Of a DNA stretch of 64,000 nucleotides, positions 1 to 13,048 are shown one piece after another. The notes below the pieces were generated by a model. The model worked only from the letters and a program-made list of their open reading frames with translations. It had not been told where the DNA came from and did no database searches. Location: positions 9,223,519 to 9,287,518 of the forward strand of contig CM082578.2 of NCBI GenBank assembly GCA_040954595.2, given 5' to 3'. The stretch comes from Balanoglossus misakiensis. Its lineage: Eukaryota; Animalia; Hemichordata. Made by a program: the position numbers and the translations under genes. Each line of letters starts with the position of its first letter. The first letter of the stretch is position 1.

Positions 1-2497
1 AAGGTTATCTAGTAGTCAGTACGCAGAGGGCGAAGATCGGTCATCACGAATCATTAAAATTACTCACAAACGGCAACGAAATAACGCAGAAAAAGTAAAA
101 CCTACATAATTTGCAAGCGCAATTTTTCGTATTTTTCATAAAGATATCCCGTGAAATAGTATGAAGCCCATTGGCGTTGGTTGCACGTCGTGACGACTGA
201 TATGACGCAATTACCAGGTAAAGCACACGAATCTAACATTTTTTTGTAAAAGAAATTGCTAAGTAGCACAGTAATCACACGAAATCACGACGTACATGTA
301 GACTGCCATTAGAGGTTCGCCTTAAACTGCAATACAGGGCTTCGACATTATGGGAGCTTAAACACATGTAGTCATTAAAACATTCAACTTTTGCCATTAT
401 GTTCGCTAACGCGGCATTCGGGTTGGTGAATATTGGACTTTACAGTAAAGGCAGACGAAATCACCTAGCTCCAAACAGGTAAGAATTGTGAGACAGAAAC
501 TCGGTGAGATTACAAGTAGTGAGCAAAATATTAAATGCGACAAAGGGGGGAATAGGGCCTATAGGGTTTGCAAATCGTCGACACGGGGGCTCACACGCGG
601 TAAGACACTGAAGCTTAGGCCGTTCAAAGAGACGGATTGTTCACGAAGGGAATTGCATCCTTTTGCCGCCGGCCACGCATATGTGGTCGGGCGCTTGTGC
701 TATCAATCCTAAAGAAAACCCTTCAATCCCTCGGTATAGACGACTAATGACAGCTCTCCAGGCTATATCGAGGGAGTCGCATCGCCTATATTGTTGACAG
801 GGTGACTTTGTAAAAATCTGTGGGGAAAAGTTGATATATTCACTTCGATTCGTTTTAAACGTACGTGACAAGCGCAGAAAAGGCTGCCCTAGTCGAACGA
901 CAGCGCGTAGATCTAAAGTCAATAAATCAAAGTAAAAACTTGTTCCACACATTTGCAATTTACTACTACATAAAAACCTCAATTCTCTGTTCAAATTGTG
1001 TTAGAAAATATTGACCTCAAATACTACCTCTTAAAACAATAGTATAACCACGAGCATCCGTGTTAGATGGTTGTGCGTTGTTTCTCAATGCGAAAAGTCC
1101 AAACTCAAGACGTTGCCCGCACCCGCGACCAAACTTTCAATTCTTAAAAAAGACGAAAAATATCCCTAGTACGTTATTACTCACTGCTTGCGTAAGAATG
1201 GTTAAAGTTCACATTTGTACAGTAAAAGTCATTCAACAACTCGAAGTTTTAACTATGTTATTGCTTTTATATAACTGATTTCTCCGTTGATGTTTTAGGC
1301 CTCAGCTGTGATTTCACGGGAAACGTTTCACTGGCTCTTGCAGCGTGACCGCCCGCTGTCTTTTAGAAATGTCCTCTTCAAGACTTCAGTTGGAGCGTAC
1401 ACCACTTTGCTGCCATTAGTAAGTAATTGCTACCACTCCATAGACACGTCAATGGGACAGAGAGTAAATTGAACACGTCTTTTTATGATCACGTAGACCA
1501 GATTTTTATTTTTCAGAGGGAATATCTAACCACAGGGTAGACCAATGGAGCACCGATGCTCTTTTGAAAATTGTTTCGAAAGCGTTTCGTTAGCGATTAC
1601 CCCAGATCCATTGCAAATTGAGCAGGTCGGAAATGTGGTTGTCGTGGAAACCCTGGCGTGCTTTTGACGCGCCCCCAGGCAAACCCGAGTGAATAGCTAT
1701 TGGACGCGTTGCGGTTTAAAGGCAAACGATACGCCGTATTTAAGTAACTTCGATTTCTTTGAAGTTTTTTTTCAAGATCCCACATTGGTGACGCGGCAGT
1801 GCTTGTTGCTGTTTTTTTTTGTGTGTGTGTGTGTGCTTTATTTCGGCGGTTAAGCTGTACCGGTGACTCCCATAGTGAAAAAAATGTCACGTGCTTCTTA
1901 CTTGCCAAATGAATACTTTAAGGTTTCGTTCGGCATTCATGGTACTAATTTTAAGCTTTGAAATAAATTGAAATAGAAAAATAAATGACTATAACTAAGA
2001 GGTCCTGCCATACCAACCAAAACAGAACACTAAAATTATACCGATCAATCCCTTTCGTACGCCGTACTTGCACACGTATCATTTTTCATTGTAAAAAGCA
2101 TGATCGGTTTACTATTAATGTACTCTTTTGTAAGTACTGTGGGATTATCTGGCGAAGGACAAGGAGATATCAATAAAGAGTATTACAGTTAAAATAAAAC
2201 AAGACAGAAGCGTTGACAAAAGTAAGTACGCTCCGCACATACTGAATAAGGTTACAGAATACATTGGGATTTTTTTACACTTGATTTGCAAAGTGCACTG
2301 TCAGTAAAACGATACTTGGTGTCATTGAACAGCTTTTCAGAATCTATTCTCGTATTGTATCAGTATAAGAACTTTAGGCACTGTTAAGAAAGAGTGAAAT
2401 CAAAATGTAGTGTGTCGGCCAGGTAAGGCAACGGCTTCAACCTACCACACTGTGTAATATTCACTCGATGGTAACCCCAAGAAGGGTTTGCGGCCAC

Positions 2498-3574
2498 TCA
2501 AACAGAACAATCTGCCTGCGTGGTCTGAATGATACGTTTGTTCATCAGGGTGCCAGTATTCCGGGTCGGTGGCGGGTTGCCGGTCACGGCCGACACCTGG
2601 TTCTGTCGCGGCAAGTCCGGCCGGTAGCAGCAGACCACCTTGGAGAAGATCAACAGGTAGCCGTAGCGGAACTGCTTGTTCATGACGCCGTAGAGCACGC
2701 TGTCGAAGGCGCTGTTGCCGTGCGCCATGATCCAGATGAACATGTGCACGTTGCCCGGCAGCTTGTCCTGGTAGTCGGCGGTGACGATGGCCGCGTAGGG
2801 CACCCAGCAGACGGAGAAGACGATGAAGATGGCGAAGAGCGTCTTCATCAGCTGGATGTCCTTGCGCTTGATCGTCATGTTGTTGGTCTTGAAGCCGTCG
2901 TGGATCTTCAGGGCGTGGCGGTGGACGAAGATGTAGACGCTGCCGTAGCAGTAGAGGATGACGAAGGCGGGCAGGACGACGGCCGATCCGATGAAGAAGA
3001 GCAGCCAGCTCAGGCTGGCCGTGCGGCTGTACGAGCACACCATGGTCTTGGCGTCGTAGCCGTGGTCGCCCCAGCCCACGAAGTTGGGCAGATCGATCAG
3101 GAAACAGCAGATCCAGACCGCCGCCGCCAGGGCGACCGTCTTCGGCCAGGTGAAGAACGATGCGTACAGGTGCGACTTGCAGATGAAGATGTAGCGGTTG
3201 ATGCTGACGGCCATGATGTTCCACAGCGAGCAGATGCAACAGATGAGGCAGAAGGAGCCCACCACTTCGCAGAGGGCCGTCTGTGGCGGCAGGAACCGGT
3301 GCGTGGTCGCGATGCCCACGATGGTGAAGGCGTCCACAAAACCGGTGACGCCTATGTCGGCTATGGCGAGGTTGACAACGAAAACGTTGGAAACGGTGTG
3401 CAGTTTTCTGTCCATCAGCACCGTCGCGATGACAAGGGTGTTTCCGCACGTCCCCAGCAAGAAGAGCCCGCATGTGACAACCAGGTAAAACCCAACAAAT
3501 GGTTCTGCTTGCACCAGATCGTGGAAGTGGATTCCGTCCCCCTCCAACGTTGCATTGTCGACGAAACTCGCCAT
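2498..3574 (-). CDS. Class A GPCR, melatonin receptor-like (358 aa, intronless CDS)
   Basis: Seven hydrophobic segments; GN in TM1, NLAIAD in TM2, NRY (not DRY) after TM3 as in melatonin receptors, CWVP in TM6, HGNSAFDSVLYG in TM7. GC3-rich. A splice acceptor-like CTCACAG lies ~15 nt upstream of the ATG, suggesting a 5' UTR intron. Confidence 0.9.
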   Translation of the reverse strand: MASFVDNATLEGDGIHFHDLVQAEPFVGFYLVVTCGLFLLGTCGNTLVIATVLMDRKLHTVSNVFVVNLAIADIGVTGFVDAFTIVGIATTHRFLPPQTALCEVVGSFCLICCICSLWNIMAVSINRYIFICKSHLYASFFTWPKTVALAAAVWICCFLIDLPNFVGWGDHGYDAKTMVCSYSRTASLSWLLFFIGSAVVLPAFVILYCYGSVYIFVHRHALKIHDGFKTNNMTIKRKDIQLMKTLFAIFIVFSVCWVPYAAIVTADYQDKLPGNVHMFIWIMAHGNSAFDSVLYGVMNKQFRYGYLLIFSKVVCCYRPDLPRQNQVSAVTGNPPPTRNTGTLMNKRIIQTTQADCSV

Positions 3575-6500
3575 CGTTATAGTTAGGACCTGTGAGAGTA
3601 TCGTCTAGCACCCAATCGTGACAGTTGGCGAGCCGTTCTGGACAGTGCTGGAGATACGCTGTCAATGTAGCATCCCAAAGCCGGGAGTCTCAGTATATCT
3701 CGTGTGTGCACATCGCACTCAGTGGCAAATGAGATTCGGCATGACGTCACTTACGCAAGATGTACACCCCCAGTAGGCCTTTCTAAGTGGCGGCCTTGCT
3801 TATTGTCCTATGCAACGGCAGAAGACAGACAGACAGACAGACGCTGGTGGCCGAGAGCGATTACATCCGACGACTTTCTGACAAGCGTGGCACATTAACA
3901 TTAACAGCGCTTCTCGTGGTAACCGTGTCAGAGTCCAAGAAAAGCGTGTACATGCATGCATGTACAATGTATAGTCATAATTTAAGCCAGTTATCGTCGA
4001 TGACTCAGCCCTTGCCGTCACCGAAAGAAGTCTTCGAAAGAAATCAGTTTATCAAGAATGTACGCCAGGTGAACGCGTATATAATTCATGATGGGTTGTT
4101 CTAATAAAGATGTGTTCATTTGTATGCCAGAGGGTTATGTCGTTGTAAAAAAGGACAAGAAATTTTTTAGTGTGTGGTTATGTCTAAGAAAAAAAATGGG
4201 CGAGGATTTTAATACTTTTACCTGAAATGGTCACGCGGTGATAATGTTAGATCATATTTTGATAATAATAGTGAGTTCTTATATAGCGCATGCGCACATA
4301 TCCAAAATGTTTCGTGATCAAGGCGCTTTACAACAATTTACCTGCCCATCTCCAAGGCAACATTTTCCATCATGCATGACCGCGGTTCTGACATTTAGTC
4401 GGATGATAAAATCTCCTATAGACTGAGGAAGACATTGCATAAATGTGTCTTTTGTTATTTTCGTGAGTCGTGGTGATATTTCTTCTGTACATGTACTCCG
4501 ATGCTGTATTTCTTATTCATAAATTGAATTTAGAAAAAGACAACACAGACACGATTTCCGGTACCTGTAAAGTCAAGATTTATTTTCAGATGCCTTCCGA
4601 GCTGATCACATATGTTTGCCTAAATTTGGAAGAAGTCAGCTGTCCTTGCAAAAAGGTTAAACTGTCTTCTTATAATGGTCATGCACGTTCACACGGGGCC
4701 TTACCAGTGTTTATCCGTGCCTGCCACGTAGGTACATGTACACAGACACAGATGGAGCAAGCTATTGTTCGGTGCATTCGCCGCTGCGTGGAGTACGTGG
4801 AGAGGGGAATGAAACGTGCGTGGAGAACTCCGAAACATTCGAACGTCCATCACACCTTGTTTACAGCTCCGTTACCCGACTGAAATGCAACACGTCAAAC
4901 TGCGAAATACCGCAGAATGAAAAACTTGCAGGCATTCATGAATAACTTACAGACGTTTCACAAAACCGTTTTCTTTTTTGTTAATTGTCTCGTGTACGTA
5001 GATCGCCGAAAGAGCAAATTAAGGCAATACGGGTTGGAGCCGAACCAACGCGGGCGCAGTGACTGTCACGTTCTCTTTGTGCAGCGCATTGATATTTGAG
5101 ACAAAAAAATTCGTTTTCTCTGTCGTGAGTTGGGATTCTTCAGACGATATGTCGTGATGTGTCTGTCTTCTGTAAATAAAAAGGATTTCATATTTCTATG
5201 ATATGACTTTTTGCTGTACCGATACGCAGGAAGGGGAAGGGCGTTGCGAGCGGGCTGTTTTATAATTTAGAGGCGAGCAGAGGCACATAAGAAGAGGATT
5301 CTGATCAGAAATAAAATACATTCTGAGGTGATCGACTTTAAGGATTAAAAGGGCAAATATAAGTCGGTCTGTTTGACCTCTCTGCGGTATCAAGAATAAA
5401 TCGAATACAATGACCCTCATGAGGTCTAAACATTTAATGTAACGGCGTACATTCAGGCACTTCCCTCCACTGTCTATAACTCCCTCGATTTAGAGGTACA
5501 TACCTCTTAATTAATCTAGTTTGTCTACAAGCAGGGTGAGGGTGTTTACAATTTATACTTATTTAAGTACGTCTCGAGAAGTCAAACCGCATAGAGAACG
5601 TTTCGCATCAAACCACGTGACCGTGATCACATTAAAGCGACCAAAAGAGGTCGCAAGAGAGATGCATGAACTTTGTCCCTTTAAACTGGCGGCATCTTGC
5701 AAGGCCTTTCTGCACATCTGAATATCACAGAAGTACACCTAGCACAGTTCGGAAAGTTTGAGACTGACATGTCAACGCGGTCAGCCGTCGTACACGTGTA
5801 CGTGTATACATGTACCTCTTTCGTCGATACCCGGCAGTGCGTCGCAGTGATTATGGTTGTTATTTTAGAGAAAGAAACAATAAAAGAAGAGAAAAGAAAG
5901 AGAAGATGGAAAATTCCGCTAGTGATTATGCACGTAATAGGGGGATTTCTTCATCCAAAGGATTATATTCCTATACCACTCGTGCCATACATTATGGTGT
6001 TCACGTAAATTCTATACTTTGATGACAGCGTTTCAGTAGGCTTTGTTCCGTGTTTACGATGTACGCTTGCTGTTCCCGCTGTTTAGCGCGTAAACATCTA
6101 TCCACGCTCGCCACTGCCGCTTTCGCGGGACAGAAGCAATGATACAAGCTACATGTGGGTAAATTGATAGGAACTCAGTGACGTCGTTGCGTCATATCAT
6201 GCAAACATGTATATACTCAAGTACTAAGAAACCTCTGTGCATTCATTCTATGGTGCATTCAACAATTGCGGTCTCCCGACTGAAAAACATTGCGTGACGA
6301 TGATGGTGGAACCCAGATAACATGTCAAGAACATTCGTCAAGTTTATTCACCGAAATGAATTGTCGTGGTTTTCCAGAGTCTGTCGCAACGACGTGAACA
6401 AAATTAGCCCCAGCCCCAGCGCAGCGCATATCCACAATGTGAGCCTTGAGCCAACGCCTTACCTCATTATAAGAACACTGCCCCGCTATCGTAAAACTTC

Positions 6501-7044
6501 GCCAATGCGTTGGAAATTAATAACAGGTCTAACTTCTTTATTTATTAGGGTTCCGAGCCCTCTCCATAAATCACCCCTTTCACATCATTGCCAAGATACA
6601 TTCGCGCAGAATAAAAGTTGTTGGAATTGCACGAAGCAACTGCATAATTATTACAACCTTTTCAGGACCGTCAGAACTTCGAACCACGCAAGGTGAGAGG
6701 GAATTCAAACTTTTCCACGTGATGAAAGAAAGTCACGTGGGCTTCGCTTGAAAATTACCGATGTCCAACATCTCCGCCAATGGCGACAGATATGCATGCA
6801 AATAACTATAGTATGGATGGGTATTAAGTTGCCTGGATTTCCCATGTTAAAAATTCAGTAAATGGCGAGCAATTTCCCCTTCTATCGACACGACTGCCGT
6901 GCGTTTCCCCGAAGGTAGGTTTAACAGCTTTACTGTTTGAAAGTAGGCAAACAGCGACACAGTAGCGTTTACCGATGATGATCAATATGTATATTGACGC
7001 GTACATGCATTGCCCGGCCGTTTTTGCCTTCTCCCACAGGGCAT

Positions 7045-7245
7045 TACTGCAATTATTGGCAAAATTTGCTTCTTTTGCCGACTGGATTTGGACCCATTTG
7101 CTTTACATCTGTGTGTAGTTTATACACGCGTGTTGAATTTTAAATTTAACACGTATAAAGTTTCCAATTCGTGGTATTCAAAATGTCATAGAATTTTGTT
7201 ATGTCTGCACGAGATGAATACGGATGGAGCAAGCGGGAAGGCGCC
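7045..7245 (+). repeat. Diverged repeat, second copy at ~10225-10430
   Basis: Shared blocks TTGGCAAAATTT, AAATTTAA..GTATAA, ATTCAAAATGTCA, AGATGAA..AGCGGG in the same order in both copies. Confidence 0.6.
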
Positions 7246-8255
7246 ACCCAATGGTTCTTTGTAATGTATACAATGTATGCGTCATAGTACTGGAGTTCGA
7301 CTTCTTGATCCTAGGCAGCCGTGTCGTTACACTATCGGTAGTCACAATGTGAACACTTCCTGTGGTTGTGATATCCAGAGTCTATGTTCAATGACGTTGC
7401 CAATGCAGAGTTCATGTAAGAGATTCCATTCCTCCCAACCTGTAAAGATATACAAAGGGCGTTTGTTTTAAGGAGGAGGACAGCTCACGAAATAACGACT
7501 CTCTGATGACAACATATAACGTTTTTGGGGTTAGTATTTTGACAATCGTTTACCAAGTTCCCCCCAGCTCAGAGTAAATTAGCCAGGTCACATCACTTCA
7601 AAAGAGTGACGTACACGCGTGCGTAAATACCTTGTGATGTGTAACACCAAGAGCAGTATTACTAGATGCTACAAGCTGATGTCCCATGTGACCTTGTTCC
7701 ATGCAATAAGTGCGATCAGTTCCTTGACACATCCTGACATTTACAACATGAGCGACATCATTCAATGGTTAATGATCAAATGGGACTTTGAGTCACACAC
7801 AGATTACTGTTTCTCAAAAGTCGCTTGTTGCCGGGCGCATTTTTTTTCTTTTCACACAAAAGAGCTGTCGATGATGGGATCTGACTCTTTGCAATCAAAC
7901 CACCTTGGCCGCTGAAATGTGTTAAAAGAACATCTTGTTAACCAATACTATAAACTTGAAATAAAGATGGATGGTTTTAGATAGTAAAAAAACGCTCACG
8001 TAAAGCAGGTTATTATAGGATGATTGCCAGCAAAGACGTCATGAAAATTTCGTTCAGTGCACTTCGTTCAATCAGAACATATTTTGCCTTTTACGGTCCC
8101 AGTCACTCGAAAATCGACTACCTTTACATTAATTAACATGAAAGGCGAAAACCGGCACAAAAAGCCTTGTTGATACACAGATATTAATAAACATTTAACC
8201 ATGCTGGAAAGAAGTAATTCAAGATTGTACGTGGTAATAAAGACTTAGTAGAAAG

Positions 8256-9050
8256 CTATGCAATCTTCGCTTGAAACTGCCAGAAAGCTCTTCTCAATCT
8301 TGGCTGACTGAGAAAACAGATGGTGTATTTGTGAATGGGATCAATGCAGCCGGCCATAACAGTAATACATACAAATACCAAATCAGACGTTAAACATTGG
8401 TATTTTTCTCTGCATTCGACACCCGTCACCCAATCTTTGCAAACGAGGTCTAGTTTGCCAAGTATCATCTTTGAGGAAGGCTGAATTGAAAGTTGAATAG
8501 CATAACTGTAAATATCGGTAAACGCCGAGGTTTGTTGCTTGTAAAGTCGGCCAGCTTTCCCCGTCTGCACTCGCCAAGTAGGTCGGAGTGATTATCAGTT
8601 CTGACAGAACAGAATAGTAGAAATAAGGCTAATATAGAAATTACACCAGCTATCCCGCAAGTATTGTTGACGAATATTTTCATTAAGAATATATGATTCC
8701 TGTTCTACACTCAAAGAATGAAAAATTCAAGCCGATTTAAAACTCCGTTAGCTGTAATTTGGGGATATTTTTTCCATTATGTTAATTCTGCATATCAACC
8801 ATACGTTCTTTAATCCTTATATTATGATGGAATTCCCAGGATCTTCTGTGTAAGTCGGCGGTGTTATCGTTAAAAGACTGAATTCAAGTCTTCAATAAAA
8901 AATCTTTAATAAAAGTGTACGAAATATTCAGTCCCAGAAAAACAGAATAACGTGCATTTAATAAAGTGCCTCATGCAGGAAATAGACCAAGAAACACAAA
9001 ATGTTAGAAAAATGGCCAAATCAGTAATACGTGTACGTAGTCTGTCTTTT
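8256..9050 (-). pseudogene. Decayed class A GPCR fragment (TM5-TM7/helix 8, possibly TM2)
   Basis: Overlapping short ORFs in different frames give a TM5-like GIAGVISILALFLLF, TM6-like RLPIFTVMLFNFQFSLP and TM7/H8-like VMAGCIDPI..Y..FLSQPRLRRAF; upstream ITDLAIFLTF resembles TM2. Frameshifts and stops present. Confidence 0.45.
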
Positions 9051-9546
9051 CTTGGTTCTGTCATATACATGTACATGTATAGATAGCGTGTGGACCAAAC
9101 ATGTACGGTGATGGCACGATACCCCGGATGGACAAGACAGCGTAACCGCCATGCCCTTGACGTCAATCACAGCGATTTTCTTTTCTTTTTGAATGGAAAT
9201 CTAATTATATTCAAGGTGAGGTAGTATTGTATACATAATTAGCCCTGTCTTGACTCAACGCTTATTACAGCGGATCAGATTTGTCCCCCCCCCTTCATGA
9301 TCGCTCTGATGTCTGTGAAGGTCACGATCGCGACCTCAAGGTTGATTGGTGTAGAGAACGACAAACAGCAGATGCGACACTTGCAATATGCAAATTACCG
9401 CAAACCTGTATGATTGTACCCATGGACATAATTTCACACTTTTCCTGTTCAACGCATTGCTTCATTAATTTAACATTTTTAAAATTTAATACACAGTAAA
9501 ATATATTGAAAAATCTACAGGCAACCAACAGAGAGTCAGTACATGA

Positions 9547-9690
9547 AAGATCTAGTGTAAATTTGTGTACGTGCTACCCATTGTGCGCCTTTCCAACGAA
9601 AGTTATCAGTCCCTGGGAGAAAAAGATCTATGTGTGTACGTGCTACATATTGTGCGCCTGTCTGAGTACAGTTATCAGTAACTGAGAAGG
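9547..9690 (+). repeat. Two-copy tandem repeat (~75 bp unit)
   Basis: AAAGATCTA..TGTGTACGTGCTAC..ATTGTGCGCCT..AGTTATCAGT occurs twice in tandem. Confidence 0.75.
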
Positions 9691-11284
9691 TTTCCAAAAT
9701 ATCATCTGCTCGACAATGGAGATGGAGACTTGATGCGAAAGCATGAAGGTTTCGCCTGAAACCATCAGATGCCCGCCCAACTCCGCTGGCTGCGAATATA
9801 AACGATGCTAAATTGACGACAGCGTTTAGACCTTAAATGCCAGCACTAATGCTATACCAAATAACTGCGAAGCAATCCCCCTTGCAAATTGGAAAAATCG
9901 CCGAAAATTGACATGGAACCGTTGAGACTCAATTGATCAGCAGATGCGGGCATTGGATATGTTTCGCTTTGTCCCGTAGGGATTACTACAATTGGTGTAA
10001 ATGGTGCCGTGTTAATTTTAACGCTCCGTGTTTGCCAACAGCTTGTCAGCTAAAATGCGCCTTTCTGCCGACGAAACCGTGTTTACCGTGTATCGACCCG
10101 AAGGTAAGGCGAATGACTCCGCTGTCTAAAAATACAAGAAAACGTCGAGAGTAATATTAAGGAGCCGTCGCCAAATTACTGGCAAATGCATACGGGCTAA
10201 GCGCAATTTAGCTTTCATCCCCCGCGGAACTGCAGCAATTGGCAAAATTTCCCCTCTTTGCCGGTTGGGTGCATTTCGAGCGGAGTCCACGCACGTGCCT
10301 CGTATAACATGTACATCCATGTAGTCGATTCGCGATCGCTGAAATTTAAACTGAGTATAATTCTTGTTCCGTGTCATTCAAAATGTCACGGTTAATTTAT
10401 TTGCGTGGTAGATGAAGCGAGCGGGCAAGATTCTTCCTTAGATGCATTGTCGTGTTTGTACCTCGACTCTCCTGGTTTCAGTGGTTTGGCATGTCAAACG
10501 CTGCCCATGTGAACATCAATGCGTTGGAAAGTGATTATTTGTTCAGACGGAGCAGCGATAGAAATAGCAGTATGAAGCCAATAGAAAAGTTCACTAGCGA
10601 TCGATCACGCATGTCAACAGTATAAACGCCGGGTCTGCACGTATCTTCATTCATCTGTGATATTTCCTCCGACCTTCAGATCGGCTTGTTTGGCCGGTGC
10701 TAGAACTTCCTTTTACCGAACTTGTACCCTTGTTAATTAAACGACTTCAACAGCGCATGACAAAAGAACACAGAAAGCAAATCTAAGACACAGTCAGTGT
10801 TTTAAATGATGTTATACCAAGACTTATCGAATTCAATGAATTTCAGCCGGAAATCACATACCGTTATTTTGCAAAACGGGGTAAAAATTGATTTTTTTCG
10901 AAGGTCTGTAAAAATACGTGTTACGTGACCACCGTGTACTGTACGCGATATTTATGTAAACATCCTTGTCCTTCGTCGCTTATTTACAGTAGAAGCGAAA
11001 GTGTATATTTATTATACCTATACGTGTTTAATAAGAAAACATGTAAACGTGTTCACATCAAACATTTAAGAAACATATCTGAGTTTGTTTGAGGTAGCTT
11101 CTCAGGTTCGCATGGATGCTTTATTCAAAAGTCAGGGAAAAATACTCTATTTCGTATAAATTTGTCCCTTTTCATAGTCTTTAGACGTGACTTCTCGTCA
11201 ATAATGCAAGAGACGCCGAAAGCATGTCTTTGAAGAGAAGGTATGTTAACTGGGAAGAAAATGTAAACCTCTTGGAACTACTAG

Positions 11285-11400
11285 TATTTAGCATTTTCTC
11301 ATGCAGTTTGTCATTTTGACACGCTTCGCTGTCTTTTACTAGTGTAACTCAAGACTGAATGATCAGAAGTATTCACATACAATTCCTCCAAACAGATAAT
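11285..11400 (+). repeat. Interspersed repeat fragment, second copy at ~25375-25480
   Basis: TTAGCATTTT..TTGTCATTTTGACACG..CTGTCTT..TAACTCA shared between the two sites. Confidence 0.65.
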
Positions 11401-11421
11401 TTTCAAAACCGTGCCTCTGAA

Positions 11422-11612
11422 TTATTCTATCTTCTTGAGAATAAAACACCCATCAGTTATATCAAATGGATATATGCGAATTTTCGTAAAAAGTGACGTC
11501 AAAACATTAAACGTGTCCGTAATGCACATTATGCTTTTTGGTATAGCTAATATTTTTGTACTGTTTGAACTGGTTACATTAGATATATTCATATTTGGGT
11601 GGGATGCCATTT
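11422..11612 (-). pseudogene. Possible GPCR N-terminus/TM1 remnant
   Basis: MASHPNMNISNVTSSNSTKILAIPKSIMCITDTFNVLTSLF: three N-x-S/T sequons followed by a degenerate TM1-like segment; truncated next to an interspersed repeat. Confidence 0.3.
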
Positions 11613-12620
11613 CGGCCACGTGACTCAACGAACCACATTTGCCACCCACCAGAAAATTATCCCAATCTGACCCCGCTTTACAGTCTGTTTTTCACCGTTG
11701 GGACAACAACTTTGCTGTAAAAGTGAAGCCACCGCCACGACCGGTATATATCGACGACAATTCTTTGCTTGAATGTCTGGATGCTTTACAAGATAAGTAT
11801 CTTGTTTGCCTGCAGAAAAAAATGTCCAATAAACATGTATTTGATGGATGAATTGAAAATGAACTCAGACGAGAGTACAACAACATGCTCTCTTTCAACC
11901 TGATCGAAGGAAGGATCATTCATTAATTATACATGTACATGCGAATGAATATGGCACCAAGGCTATGTATTACCCCAGCTACATGTATGTTTTGTTAACT
12001 CCTTAATGAACAATTTTAAACTTAAGGAGAAAAAAAGATCAAGATTCCGTGCTTGTAGTAAGCATTGCCAAAGCGAAAGACGTCTGGCAGAGGCACTCCT
12101 CTATATTCCTGCCTCCAATATTCAGAGCATTTACAGACTCTATAAACGTTTGTATCAATCATCTTCTCCAGTCAGCTTTCTCCAGTCGACCAATTAGAGG
12201 AGGCTGATTGTCTAAACTGAAATCACTGTCACCAATGTAATATGTGAACTCCCCGGGACATTTTCTGCAGTTAAACACTTATCTAAGACCGACCACAACT
12301 GAGGATAATATCTGCTTCAGGAGACGCTTGCTTTCCTCGAATCTAGTCATCGAGCTATATGCATTGCCATATACCCGTTTCCACGGGAACGTGTATATGC
12401 AACGACCGCGTGTGAATAGACGTTAACAATGTAATACCTCTGTGGTATTCAGTGTACCACACTGAAATCGATTGAACATTAGTCTGGGTACGGTGTTAAG
12501 AACACGAATCTTCCCGATGCCCGGAGGTGTTGGGAGACTGTCTGAGTTGTGAATTATGTTCTATTGTCTTCTAACCAACTTTTGCAACAACAACTACAAC
12601 AGCGCGCACTGTATATAGCT

Positions 12621-13048
12621 CATGGAGGTACTGTACAGTGCCATCAGTTTACATTTACAGTGCCAACCAGACCCACAGCGCGCAGAAATGTAAGCTTTAC
12701 GACGAGTTCTGGTCGCTGTGCCACTTTTGTTTGGCTATTTTCTGTGGACATATCCAGTATGTTATGTTAGTTAGACAAAACACCTCCGCAAGAATGATCC
12801 TAGAGGGTGCACCGTGCGAAATTCTCAGAAGAGTTCGGCATCATCAGTCACGCGTTCCTTGAATTTTGTGCTCTTTCACTTCTCACAATCCAGTAAACAC
12901 GTCGATGTGATGAAACATTTGCCAAAAGCGTATTCACCAGAATATGGAAATGTTTTATCTTCAGTTGAAAAGTACGAATCATGAATATTCAAAAACAGAA
13001 ATGTGTACCATGTAAGACGACAACGTCACATCTCTTAGTACCTCCATG
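12621..13048. mobile_element. Putative MITE (12-bp TIR CATGGAGGTACT)
   Basis: CATGGAGGTACT at 12621 and its exact reverse complement AGTACCTCCATG ending 13048; non-coding interior; no clear target duplication. Confidence 0.45.

Noticed and set aside
2442-3665. Long overlapping ORFs (407 aa minus, 372 aa plus) on the melatonin-like GPCR
   Set aside because: Shadow frames caused by very high GC3; no recognisable protein features.
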